A model generated the notes under the pieces. The model ran no database searches, was not told the DNA's origin, and saw only the letters and a list, made by a program, of their open reading frames with translations. Below are positions 46,259-55,994 of a stretch of DNA of 64,000 bases, piece after piece (the first letter of the stretch is position 1; each line of letters starts with the position of its first letter). A program made the translations under genes and the position numbers. This DNA comes from an uncultured delta proteobacterium (lineage in GTDB: Bacteria > Desulfobacterota > Binatia > UBA9968): assembly GCA_963771465.1 (NCBI GenBank), contig CAVYTU010000017.1:32001-96000 (forward strand), read 5' to 3'.

Positions 46259-47184
46259 CGGTTGAGTCTCGTCATTTTTTCGAGAAAGCCGCGCGCCGCT
46301 TCGATTTTGCCCTGGGCTTCGATTTTTTCGATGATGCCGTCCACTTGTGCGACTTCGGAATAAAGTTTGAGCGCGGATTTAACGAACTGGTCAAATACCT
46401 TGGAGTCGAATGCCAAGCCTTCGGGATCGTACTGGGATGCATATTCTTTTGCAAGGAGCAGATAGAAGTCGCCGAAGTCGAGCAAATAGCGGTGGATATT
46501 TTTGCTCTGCTGGTGCTTGGTCACCAACTGGCTGAAGCCGACGGTCACCAACTGATTGCCTTCTTTGAGTCGGGCGCGATTGGCGTCGACGAAGGCGACT
46601 TTGGCGCGGTCGATGCGCTCTTCCTCGACCCTGGCGAGAAACTCATAAGGCGTTCCTTGATGGCGCTTGATCAGGGCATTCCATGCCGCGACTTTGTCGT
46701 CGAGACCGGCGATGTATTTGAACGGGTCGTCGAGCGGAATCGTCCGATCGAAAATGCGTAAAAAATTATCGAGAATCTCCGCGTTCTTGGCCGCCTCACT
46801 GCCGAGCCGGCCGTCGGTTTCTCCCACCTTGCGGTAAAGCGCCGCGGCTTGATCGTACTCGCGCAAGCGCTCGAGGGCGAGGGCTTTATTGTACTGAACG
46901 ATATCGGTGAACTGGCCGCGATTCTTGCGCTCATAATCGTCGAGGCGGATCAGCGTCGCCTTCATGATATTGATGCCGGTCACGTCCTTGGGAATCGGGA
47001 AACGATAGGTGTCCTCGCGCGCCAGCCGCTGAAAGTCTTTGACGATGTCAAGCAGGTCGCCGGCCGGCGCGTATCGCCCTTCGGGTGTGGCGCTGCGCGA
47101 CGAGCAACCGGCAAAAGAAAAAAATAAAAGTGAAGCGAAAAGCGCGTCAACGAAAGACCGTCGTGTTAAGCGAATAGAGCTCAA
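46255..47184 (-). CDS. TPR-like lipoprotein
   Basis: Lipobox FAGC after an RR-containing leader; 'KALALERLREYDQAAALY' TPR-like segment. Confidence 0.72.
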   Translation of the reverse strand: MSSIRLTRRSFVDALFASLLFFSFAGCSSRSATPEGRYAPAGDLLDIVKDFQRLAREDTYRFPIPKDVTGINIMKATLIRLDDYERKNRGQFTDIVQYNKALALERLREYDQAAALYRKVGETDGRLGSEAAKNAEILDNFLRIFDRTIPLDDPFKYIAGLDDKVAAWNALIKRHQGTPYEFLARVEEERIDRAKVAFVDANRARLKEGNQLVTVGFSQLVTKHQQSKNIHRYLLDFGDFYLLLAKEYASQYDPEGLAFDSKVFDQFVKSALKLYSEVAQVDGIIEKIEAQGKIEAARGFLEKMTRLNR

Positions 47185-47436
47185 GAGCGAATTCGGCGTG
47201 TATTAATTTTCGCGAAGCCCATGACAAAACCTGGGAGTATTTTCCGAGAAATCGCCGGCAAGTCAAGGGAGAGGTCTGAGAAAGTCGAGAAACGGCATGC
47301 CGTCTGTGATTTTGTCCGAGCGCAGGCGGTTAAGAGATCACCCATGGCGTAGTCAGCTTATCAGTGGACAAGCTGGGTTCCTTTCAGTCCGGTTAGGAAT
47401 TTACTGGGCTCTAATCGCTGCGTCGGCTATAATTCA

Positions 47437-48363
47437 ATGATGGGATTGCGAGGTATTAATCAAAGCCGATTCGTCGCGACAGGGGCATCATGGTTGCGTT
47501 CGGCGCGTGAATCCATCATCCATCGGGTTGTCGAAAGCTTGATTTGGCGACTTGGACTGCAGGGAATCAATGCCAGAGTCGCCACCATTGAACAGCAGCT
47601 CTCCGGCGTGACGACTTCCGTGTCAACTTGGGCGGTGACGAGTTGGATAGAACAGGCTTCCTTGGATCAGCATCCGCTCGTGTCGGTGATCTTGCCAACC
47701 CATAATCGCAGCCAGTTGCTTCGACGCGCAGTGACGTCCATCGTTAAGCAGAGCTATACGGACTGGGAAATTATTCTTATCGACGACGGCAGCAGCGATG
47801 ATACTCCTGCCGTCGTCGAACAATTGCAGCGTGAACTCGGCCAGCAAAAACTGCGGGCGATTTGCATTTCTCCCGGCGGTGTATGTGCCGCGCGTAACGT
47901 CGGCCTGGGAGCCGCCCGCGGTGAGTTGATCAGCTATCTCGACGACGATAATACGATGCACCCATTGTGGCTTAAGGCGGTGGTTTGGGCGTTCACTCAA
48001 CGGCCGGAAGTGGATGTCGTATATGGAGGAATTGCGGTGGACGATTTCAGCCGCTTGAATCACCATGGAGGGGGAGATATGCCGTCCTTTCATCTCAATC
48101 CTTTCGACGTGAGTACCTTACGCGAATATAACCTAGCCGATATGGGGGCGATCGCGCATCGTAAATTGCCCGACGCGCGTTTCGATGAGAGTTTGCGCGT
48201 TTTCGGCGACTGGGATTTACTCGTGCGCTTGACTCGTGAGAAGCCGCCATTGGTCTTGCCGGTGATCGCTTGCTATTACACCACTTCGGCGTCGAACCGT
48301 CTGAGCGAGCATCCCTCGTTCGCCACCGAAATTGATTTTGTGAGAGAAAGATCGAAGCGATGA
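47437..48363 (+). CDS. Glycosyltransferase family 2
   Basis: 'VSVILPTHNR', 'DDGSSD', 'ARN.G', 'YLDDD' and 'DWDL'. Confidence 0.9.
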   Translation: MMGLRGINQSRFVATGASWLRSARESIIHRVVESLIWRLGLQGINARVATIEQQLSGVTTSVSTWAVTSWIEQASLDQHPLVSVILPTHNRSQLLRRAVTSIVKQSYTDWEIILIDDGSSDDTPAVVEQLQRELGQQKLRAICISPGGVCAARNVGLGAARGELISYLDDDNTMHPLWLKAVVWAFTQRPEVDVVYGGIAVDDFSRLNHHGGGDMPSFHLNPFDVSTLREYNLADMGAIAHRKLPDARFDESLRVFGDWDLLVRLTREKPPLVLPVIACYYTTSASNRLSEHPSFATEIDFVRERSKR

Positions 48364-49949
48364 AAACTCGCACACCGATCGTGCTGTTGGGCTTCGACGC
48401 CTGCGATATCGGCGTGGTGAAAAATTTCGTCAAAGCGGGAAAGCTGCCGACATTTGGTCGGTTGTTGCGCGAATGGGCCTTCACACGGGTGCGCAATCCT
48501 CACGCTTTTTTCGTCAATAGTGTTTGGCCAAGTTTCTTTACCGCCAAGTCTGCCGGTCGACTCGGCTTTCACTGCTGGGAAACCGTTTCACCGAACTATG
48601 AATGGAGGCTGACTTCTCCTTTGGAAATTCAGGGTAGGCCATTTTGGTACGCACTCGGCGACGCCGGGCGAAGAGTTGCAGTGCTCGACGTTCCTCATGC
48701 ACGGGCTGCCGCGCGGGACGATATTGTCGAGGTGTCCGAGTATGGCGCTCATGATCGGCATTTCGGTTTTCGTACTTCGCCGCCAGGGCTGCGCGACGAG
48801 ATCGTCGGTCGATTCGGCTTCCATCCGGTATTAACCGTGGAACCGTACGTGGAAAGACTTTTTGCCGCAGACGACTACGTCCATCGCGCCGGCGCTCTCC
48901 GAACCGCGCAGGAAGAAGCGCTATTGTTGAGCGATTTGCGCAACGGGCTGCAGCGCAAGATCGAGCTTTCCAGATGGATTTACAGTCAGGATACGTGGGA
49001 TCTCTTTATTTCTATTTTTGGTGAAGGTCATGCTGTCGGACACCAATCGTGGTACCTGCACGATCCGACCCATCCGCGGCATGACGCCGCACTGGTGCGC
49101 GAAATCGGCGATCCGGTCGAGCAAGTCTATGCAGCGCTGGATTCGGCATTGGCAGACCATCTCACCTTGTTCGGCCCGGACTCGACGGTCTTCGTGCTGT
49201 TCAGTCACGGCATGCGCGCCCATTATGACGGCACCTATATTCTCGAGCCGGCGCTTGCCCGCTTCGATACGTACGAGCGGTTGGGCATCAGAGGAAGCAT
49301 GATGGGGCGTTTAGTTAAATCGACTTGGCAGCAACTTAATGATGCTTCCCGCGGTGTTCTAGCGCCACCCTTAATGGCGGCTTTGCGTCCGCATGTTCGC
49401 GCGCACCCGTCCACGCCACATTTTGAAAACGATATAGGACCTACCGTGCGTTCGCGGCAGCGCTATTTTATGTCGCCCAACAATACGGTCTACGGCGGAG
49501 TCAGAATCAATCTGAAGGGACGAGAACCTGCCGGTCGGGTATGTCCCGGCGCGGAATTTGACGCTGTGTGCGAGCAATTGAAGCAGGATCTAACGTCACT
49601 GATCAATGTGATGACCGGCGACCCCGTGGTTCGTTCGGTCGAGCGCACCGATGCACACTACGAGCGCGACGTCATCGACGAGCTGCCGGATCTACTGATC
49701 TATTGGAACCATGATGCGCCGGTTGAAACGGTCTGGTCTCCTAAAACTGGTGTGATACACGCGCCGTACTGGCACTGGCGGACGGGCGATCACCGAGCAG
49801 GCGGGCTCTTACTTGCCAGTGGTCCTAACGTTCCTGCCGGAGCCGATCTGGGCCGGATGGAGAATCGGGACCTCGGCCCGACGATCTGCGCCATGCTCGG
49901 CGTAGAGCTGACGAACGTCGATGGTTATCCGATGCCTGGGCTGGTTTAG
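48360..49949 (+). CDS. Alkaline phosphatase superfamily (type I phosphodiesterase/NPP-like) protein
   Basis: 'LLGFDA', 'WPSF.T', 'GHQ.W', 'NLKGREP.G' and 'TGDH'; ATGA overlap with the GT2 gene. Confidence 0.82.
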   Translation: MKTRTPIVLLGFDACDIGVVKNFVKAGKLPTFGRLLREWAFTRVRNPHAFFVNSVWPSFFTAKSAGRLGFHCWETVSPNYEWRLTSPLEIQGRPFWYALGDAGRRVAVLDVPHARAAARDDIVEVSEYGAHDRHFGFRTSPPGLRDEIVGRFGFHPVLTVEPYVERLFAADDYVHRAGALRTAQEEALLLSDLRNGLQRKIELSRWIYSQDTWDLFISIFGEGHAVGHQSWYLHDPTHPRHDAALVREIGDPVEQVYAALDSALADHLTLFGPDSTVFVLFSHGMRAHYDGTYILEPALARFDTYERLGIRGSMMGRLVKSTWQQLNDASRGVLAPPLMAALRPHVRAHPSTPHFENDIGPTVRSRQRYFMSPNNTVYGGVRINLKGREPAGRVCPGAEFDAVCEQLKQDLTSLINVMTGDPVVRSVERTDAHYERDVIDELPDLLIYWNHDAPVETVWSPKTGVIHAPYWHWRTGDHRAGGLLLASGPNVPAGADLGRMENRDLGPTICAMLGVELTNVDGYPMPGLV

Positions 49950-50020
49950 ATTCGCCTCAGATCTCTGACTCTGGAAAGAGTTGGCGAGGATGGTAATGGG
50001 GTTCGGTGCTTCGTGGGATT

Positions 50021-50872
50021 TTACAACATCCCGCTCGCAGAAAACGTATCGCACTGTTTTAGATCGCCGGTTTGGATGCCGGTGCGAAACCAGCGGACGC
50101 GCTGTTGGGCGCTGCCATGGGTGAAGCCTTCTGGCACGACATAGCCTTGAGAGCGTTTTTGTAGCGTGTCATCGCCGATCATCGCCGCGGCGTTCAGGCC
50201 TTCCTCGAGATCGCCTTGTTCGAGAATCTTTCGCTCCCGGTTGGCCAAACTCGCCCAGATTCCGGCCAGGCAATCGGCTTGCAATTCGAGACGGACTGAA
50301 AGTGCATTGGCGTCGCGCTCGCTGGCGCGCTGCTGGCGTGCCTGCACTTTGCCCATGATGCCAAGCAGGTTTTGCACGTGATGGCCGACTTCGTGGGCGA
50401 TGACGTAGGCTTGAGCGAAGTCGCCGGGTGCTTTAAAGCGGTCGCGCAGCTCGCGATAGAAGGCGAGATCGATATAAACCTTTTGGTCTTGGCCGCAATA
50501 GAACGGACCGGCCGCGGCTTGAGCAAAGCCGCAAGCTGACTGCACTCGGCCGGAGAACAGCACTAATTTAGGCTCAACATATTTCCTGCCTGCCTGCTGA
50601 AATATCTCGCCCCAAACCCGCTCACTGCTGCCGAGCACTCGCGCGACGAACTCGCGGCCTTCATCGCGCGCGCCCGACTGACTGGCGGACGGCGGCTCTT
50701 GGACGTTGGACTGCGGGTTTTCCTGCAAGATCGCGCTCGGATCGATGCCGAAGAAGAGCGCGATCAAGACCAAAGCGATGCTGCCGATACCGCCGCCGGC
50801 GACGCCTTTGGAGACGCGGAAACCGCGGCGGTCTTCTACGTTGCTACTTTCTTGTTCGTCATCGAGGCGCAT
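50021..50872 (-). CDS. Neutral zinc metallopeptidase (YpfJ family)
   Basis: 'SSNVEDRRG', 'GPFYC', 'AHEVGHHVQ', 'ELQADCLAG' and 'FTHGS'. Confidence 0.92.
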   Translation of the reverse strand: MRLDDEQESSNVEDRRGFRVSKGVAGGGIGSIALVLIALFFGIDPSAILQENPQSNVQEPPSASQSGARDEGREFVARVLGSSERVWGEIFQQAGRKYVEPKLVLFSGRVQSACGFAQAAAGPFYCGQDQKVYIDLAFYRELRDRFKAPGDFAQAYVIAHEVGHHVQNLLGIMGKVQARQQRASERDANALSVRLELQADCLAGIWASLANRERKILEQGDLEEGLNAAAMIGDDTLQKRSQGYVVPEGFTHGSAQQRVRWFRTGIQTGDLKQCDTFSASGML

Positions 50873-50935
50873 GATGCTCCTCCGTATTCGGTAGTGCTAG
50901 GGACTAGACTTAGCAGAGAGCTTATAGGTCGGCAC

Positions 50936-50975
50936 AAAAAAGACAACCCCGCCGCGTTGCCGCGAGCGGGGTTGT
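50936..50975 (-). terminator. Rho-independent terminator after the comEA-like gene
   Basis: Stem ACAACCCCGC/GCGGGGTTGT followed by T6 on the minus strand. Confidence 0.75.
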
Positions 50976-50993
50976 TGTCGGACAAAGTGCGGG

Positions 50994-51476
50994 TTACTTC
51001 TTTTCCACTTTCTTTTCGTCCTTCGTTTCGACTTTGGTGTCGGCGGTTTTCTTGGTGTCCTTCTCGGCCGACTTTTTTTCCACCTTGGTATCAATCTTCG
51101 TCTCAGTGCCCTTAGCCTTCTCGTCGGCTTTCGACTTCGCGGCGACTTTTTCCTTGGCTGTATCCGACTTCATCGCGTCGCCTTTGGCTTTGGCGGCCTT
51201 TTCAGGCTTGTCGACGGTCGTCTTGCCCGAGACCGCGATTTGCGATCGAATCTGCTTCATCGTCCCTGGACCGATGCCCTCGACCTTTTCGAGATCTTCG
51301 ACGGTCTTAAAGGCGCCATTTTTCTTGCGGTAATCGATGATCGCCTGGGCTTTCTTGTCGCCGATGCCTTTCAGCGTGGTCAACTCTTCTTTCGTCGCCG
51401 TGTTGATGTTTACCGCCGCAAAGGCCGCTCCGGCGATCGCGAACCACAGTGCCAGTACCAACAATAGTTTTGCCAC
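50994..51476 (-). CDS. comEA: ComEA-like helix-hairpin-helix DNA-binding protein with Lys-rich tail
   Basis: Signal peptide; 'VNINTAT.EEL..LKGIG..KA.AII.YR...G.F...EDL..V.GIG'; AAGGAG RBS. Confidence 0.85.
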   Translation of the reverse strand: MAKLLLVLALWFAIAGAAFAAVNINTATKEELTTLKGIGDKKAQAIIDYRKKNGAFKTVEDLEKVEGIGPGTMKQIRSQIAVSGKTTVDKPEKAAKAKGDAMKSDTAKEKVAAKSKADEKAKGTETKIDTKVEKKSAEKDTKKTADTKVETKDEKKVEKK

Positions 51477-52062
51477 ACGTCTCTCCTTCTTGTTTTTGAC
51501 GGATTCTCCGTCGTTTGGTTTGTTAGACGATTGGCCGCGAGTGGCTATTCAACCGGCGCTTGAAGGACTTTGGAACGGGGTAATAGCCGAGAGCACGGGG
51601 TAAAGTCAAGCTAATTTTGGTCTCAGGCTGAGCCCAATTCATTCGCTCACGATCGTGGGAAGTTCGCAATCCCAAGACACTGGAGCTTGAACATGATCCA
51701 AAAGGGGCCTTTCAGAGGACGCCAGTGCTCGGCCGGGCAGGTCAAAATTTCGATGGCCGTGGTGAATTCTTCCTCATGCTTTTCAGCAAAACTTCGAGCG
51801 TTTGCCCGATCCCCCCAACCCGTGCCGTCGAATGGCTAACAAAGCTCTCTTATGTCAAGTTAGTCGAGGGGAGACAGAATTTTATTGCCTTCGACAACTT
51901 TTCGGGTGGCGGATTTCACCTTCCGGCGCTTGCCGTCATTTGTCGATGACGGATGAACCATCGATGACACACGAGGCTATCGGTTTGGAAAAGTTTGGTC
52001 GATCGCTTAGAGTCGATTTTGACACGGGTATAGAAATCGAATCGTTACTGTTGGGATAGTCG

Positions 52063-53421
52063 GTGTTGCGCTACCGAAGAATATTTTTCCTCGCCGGATT
52101 GGCATATTTGACCTTCATGGTCTATGGAAGTCTTGTTCCCCTGGATTTTCATCACCGACCGTTTGATGCGGCCATACGAGATTTTTCGCGTATACCCTAT
52201 CTCCGACTCGGCATGGACTCGCGCGCCGATTGGGTCGCCAATATTCTATTGTATATTCCCCTGCCCATTCTTTGGCTCAGCTGTCTGAGCCGGGAAAGCC
52301 GGTTTTATCTCCGCGCGATCTGCTCGCTCGCGATTTTCATCTTTTGCGTCGCTCTTAGTCTGGCTATTGAGTTCACACAGTTATTTTTTCCGCCACGAAC
52401 TGTGTCTTTGAACGATATTATCGCCGAAATATTGGGATCCTTTCTCGGCGTCGCACTTTGGTGGGCAAGCGGGAAAACGTTGCGTGGATTGATCGAACCC
52501 GTTTTCGCGCAAGGCCGGCGTGCTGCGTACGCGGGACTTGTTCTTTATGCCGTCGCCTACCTAGCCTTCAGTTTGTTTCCCTATGATTTTTTGATTTCTA
52601 TCGCCGAGATCAAGGCGAAACTCAACGGCGAATATTTTCATTGGTTCGCTTCTTCGGCCAATTGTGGCGGACCTCTTCGGTGCGGTGTGAAGCTGACGGT
52701 CGAAGCGTCGGCAGCGGCACCGCTCGGTTTGTTGCTAGCCCTCACTCTCCGGTATTCATTCGGGCGCTTGATCGGACTTTCGATGTTGATCGGGTTCTGT
52801 TTGGGGTTAACCATCGAAACTTTACAGATCTTGTTGGTATCGGGGCTAACTCTCGGAGCGTCTGTTATTACGCGTGTAGTTGGTGTTGCGGCGGGCGCCG
52901 CAGCAGGATACCTGCTCAAGCAGAACAGTCTTTGGCCGGTACTTTATTTGGTTCGCCCGATTGTACCGGTCGCCGCCATCCTCTATGTGGTGCTACTCGC
53001 TGGGCTGGTAAGCGTCGGCAAGGGGCCAATGCTGACGTTGGAGCAAGGAGTGCGCCGTCTAAATGAAATAAATTACTTGCCCTTTTTCTACCATTACTAC
53101 ACCTCCGAATCGGCGGCGATGACCAGTTTGCTCGGCGTCGTGGCGATGTTTTTACCGATCGGCGTTCAATATTGGATTTGGCGCGTTACCCAATTCCACG
53201 CGTTCCTTGCCCGTGGCGCATTCGCGGCGGCCTTCCTGGGTTGGGTCGTTTGTATGGGCTTGGAATTCTATAAGCTGTTTCTCGCCGGCGCCCGTCCGGA
53301 CCCAACCAATGTCGTGGTGGCAACGTTGGCCACCGCGGCTGGGTTCCTGGGTGCGTCAATCTGTGCCCAAGCGAGTTTAGGTTTACCAGGGTCAAGGAGT
53401 GAGAATGAACTTATCGTTTAG
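52063..53421 (+). CDS. VanZ-family multi-pass membrane protein (repeated VanZ units)
   Basis: 'YGSLVP', 'DWVANILLY.P', 'IEFTQLF.P.RT.SLND' and repeated 'LFPYDF'. Confidence 0.8.
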   Translation: MLRYRRIFFLAGLAYLTFMVYGSLVPLDFHHRPFDAAIRDFSRIPYLRLGMDSRADWVANILLYIPLPILWLSCLSRESRFYLRAICSLAIFIFCVALSLAIEFTQLFFPPRTVSLNDIIAEILGSFLGVALWWASGKTLRGLIEPVFAQGRRAAYAGLVLYAVAYLAFSLFPYDFLISIAEIKAKLNGEYFHWFASSANCGGPLRCGVKLTVEASAAAPLGLLLALTLRYSFGRLIGLSMLIGFCLGLTIETLQILLVSGLTLGASVITRVVGVAAGAAAGYLLKQNSLWPVLYLVRPIVPVAAILYVVLLAGLVSVGKGPMLTLEQGVRRLNEINYLPFFYHYYTSESAAMTSLLGVVAMFLPIGVQYWIWRVTQFHAFLARGAFAAAFLGWVVCMGLEFYKLFLAGARPDPTNVVVATLATAAGFLGASICAQASLGLPGSRSENELIV

Positions 53422-53445
53422 CGTCGGGTACTGCCAAATCGTCAA

Positions 53446-55332
53446 ATGACTCTTGGAATCATTTCAGCCCGTCTTTTGGCGCTGGTTGTTTTCGCTTCGA
53501 TTGTCCTAGCGATTGTCGATTTTCCGTTCGCCCAGCTTCCGATAACATTTGGCTTGTGCATCTACGCGGCGATTCTCTACCGCTATCCCCAAACATGGCT
53601 GGTAGTGATTCCTGCGTTGTTGCCGGTGCTGGATCTGACTCCATGGTCGGGACGCTTTTTCTTCACGGAATTTGATTTCCTCGTGCTCACAACTTTTGCC
53701 GTTGGGCTTTGGCGGCGAAAAACCTGGGCTTGTCTATCTCACTTATCAGGCGCCTTCAAAATCGCCATTGGGATCATGACGCTGTCTTACCTGGTCAGTA
53801 TGATTGTGGGAATCCTGCCGTTGGAGCCGCTCGATGCCAACGCGTTCGCGAATTACTTCAGCCATTATAATAGCCTTAGGGTCGTAAAGGGTTTTGTCTG
53901 GGCGCTTTGTTTGCTTTACGTCGCGAGATACGGTTTATCCCAGCCGAATGGCGATGCGGAAGAAAAAAGGTTGTTTGCGCTGGGAACGGTTCTCGGCCTA
54001 CTCGCACTCAATTTGGCTGTGCTCTACGAAAGATTTATCTTTTCCGGGATTCTCAATTTCAATACCGATCTTCGCGCCGTCGCCACCTTTTCCGGATTGC
54101 ATAACGGCGGCAACGATATCGAAGCTTATCTGGTGTTCAGCGCGCCGTTCATTGTCGCCTGGGTATTCGATTCACGAGCGTGGGGTCGTTATTTCTTGGG
54201 CACTGCGGTCTTTGTCCTCACGTGTTACGCTCTCTTGGTTACCTTTTCCCGCGGCGGTTATATGGGATTTGTTGTTGCTTGGTTGATTCTCGTTGTTTGT
54301 CTCATGCCGGTAACACGACTACGTTCTGACTCACTCGTTTCTTTCAGAGCTCCTCTCTTTGTTCTCCTGCTAATCATGGTCGGTGGGGCCGTGGCGTTGC
54401 CAATATTCAAAGGTGATTATATTCGGGCACGATTTGCGACGGTCGCCCTGGATTGGCAGAGCCGCGTCGAGCAATTGGAGAATACTTTTCAAAGAATGGA
54501 TTCGGATCTAGTGACTGCGATTTTTGGCATGGGGCTGGGTCGCTTCCCCGCGACCTATATTGCCAAGCAACCGCCAAAAGCCATTCCGACAACGTATACG
54601 TTCGAGAAGGAGTCGGACAACTCATTTCTTCGGATCAAGGCCGCTAGCTCGCTTTATTTCGGCCAATGGATCAAGGTCGAGCCGCACAAAGTTTATGAGT
54701 TGTCGCTGGATCTACGGAACGTTACCCCAAAAGCTTCGTTGAGTGTTGTGATCTGCGAGAAACAGCTTCAACAGTCCTTCCGCTGTCAGTCGATTCCATT
54801 TCACTCCACTGGCAGAGGCGCGTGGGAGCATTTTGAACGGCGCTTCAATATGGACGAAGTAGGAGGAGATATTGGCCGCCTGGCGAAACGTTTTTCTCGT
54901 AGGCCGGTTGAATTAGCGCTCTACGTTGCGACACCTCATAGCGTTTTGGATGTCGACAATGTCAAGTTGGTCGGTGAAACGGGTACAAACCTAGTCTCCA
55001 ATGGAGACTTCTCCAGAGGTCTCGATCGGTGGTTTTTTACCGTCGACGATCTGATGCCCTGGCAATCCTCAAACCACTGGGGTCAGATTTTTTTTGAACA
55101 AGGTTGGTTTGGGCTGATCGGGTTCAACCTATTTATCGGCTGTTTGTTGATACAGTCGATTTCTCAGATTCGCCGCGGTGATTTGTTTGCAGCCGTCGCC
55201 GTCTCCGGAGCCGCAGGCTTCCTCACCGTTGGTTTGTTCGGCAGTCTCTTCGATACGCCGAGGTTGGCGACTTTATTTTTTTTCGGGTCGGTGTTGCCTT
55301 TCTTGCGCAAAGAAACGGTCGCTGTAAACTAA
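53446..55332 (+). CDS. O-antigen ligase/Wzy-like membrane protein with an inserted carbohydrate-binding-like domain
   Basis: Multiple TMs; 'TFSRGG', 'FGMGLGRFP', 'NLVSNGDF' and 'FEQGWFG'. Confidence 0.72.
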   Translation: MTLGIISARLLALVVFASIVLAIVDFPFAQLPITFGLCIYAAILYRYPQTWLVVIPALLPVLDLTPWSGRFFFTEFDFLVLTTFAVGLWRRKTWACLSHLSGAFKIAIGIMTLSYLVSMIVGILPLEPLDANAFANYFSHYNSLRVVKGFVWALCLLYVARYGLSQPNGDAEEKRLFALGTVLGLLALNLAVLYERFIFSGILNFNTDLRAVATFSGLHNGGNDIEAYLVFSAPFIVAWVFDSRAWGRYFLGTAVFVLTCYALLVTFSRGGYMGFVVAWLILVVCLMPVTRLRSDSLVSFRAPLFVLLLIMVGGAVALPIFKGDYIRARFATVALDWQSRVEQLENTFQRMDSDLVTAIFGMGLGRFPATYIAKQPPKAIPTTYTFEKESDNSFLRIKAASSLYFGQWIKVEPHKVYELSLDLRNVTPKASLSVVICEKQLQQSFRCQSIPFHSTGRGAWEHFERRFNMDEVGGDIGRLAKRFSRRPVELALYVATPHSVLDVDNVKLVGETGTNLVSNGDFSRGLDRWFFTVDDLMPWQSSNHWGQIFFEQGWFGLIGFNLFIGCLLIQSISQIRRGDLFAAVAVSGAAGFLTVGLFGSLFDTPRLATLFFFGSVLPFLRKETVAVN

Positions 55333-55463
55333 GCCTGCGCGTGGCTCGGGGCGATCGCGCTCTGCGTCGTCGATGGGCGCAATTTTCCGGAAGACGGCGA
55401 GGCGACGAGCGCCCAAATTGAAGTTGTCGAGGCAACCGGCACCCAGCGGGCAAAATTTTTATC

Positions 55464-55979
55464 ATGAAAGATCCCCGACAAGACGCTCGGCAGCTCGTCC
55501 GTCGCTGGAGCGAAGCTCATCAGAGCGCCGTGATCTACGACGATGAAAGCGCCATTCTTCGTGACGTAACGTCCGGTAAAGCGCTAAAGCTCTCATGGCG
55601 TGATGTGAATGCGTTCGAGGAAAAGCTTCATCCAGAAACACACGACACATATATTGCTCTCTTGTTTGAGAATGGCACGCAACTGGCCCTGGTGGATCCC
55701 GGTGGTGTGGCGTTCGCACCAATATTTGACAATTCAGGTCGGTTGGAAGGGCTGCCATCGGTAGTCTGTTTGCGCGACTTCTTTACGCTCAAGCAACGCG
55801 TCGACCATTATCTCCACGACCACCGCGATGAGGAGCCGCCGCGTGAATGTCTCGATCTAGTCATGAGTTGCATTGCGATTCTTGACGGGGCACGGAGAGT
55901 GGGTTTCGATGTCGGCGACTTAGAAGGCGAACTGGAAATCACGCTAGGCGAGCTAGAACGGCGCCGCGACAATGGATGA
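55464..55979 (+). CDS. Hypothetical protein
   Basis: 171-aa ORF co-oriented with its neighbours, natural composition, no recognised motif. Confidence 0.65.
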   Translation: MKDPRQDARQLVRRWSEAHQSAVIYDDESAILRDVTSGKALKLSWRDVNAFEEKLHPETHDTYIALLFENGTQLALVDPGGVAFAPIFDNSGRLEGLPSVVCLRDFFTLKQRVDHYLHDHRDEEPPRECLDLVMSCIAILDGARRVGFDVGDLEGELEITLGELERRRDNG

Positions 55980-55994
55980 TTCGCAGGGGAAACT

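Noticed and set aside
51477-52062. Structured ncRNA or small ORFs in the long intergenic region
   Set aside because: No recognisable RNA family motif; the short ORFs lack an RBS and protein-like features. It is probably divergent promoter DNA.
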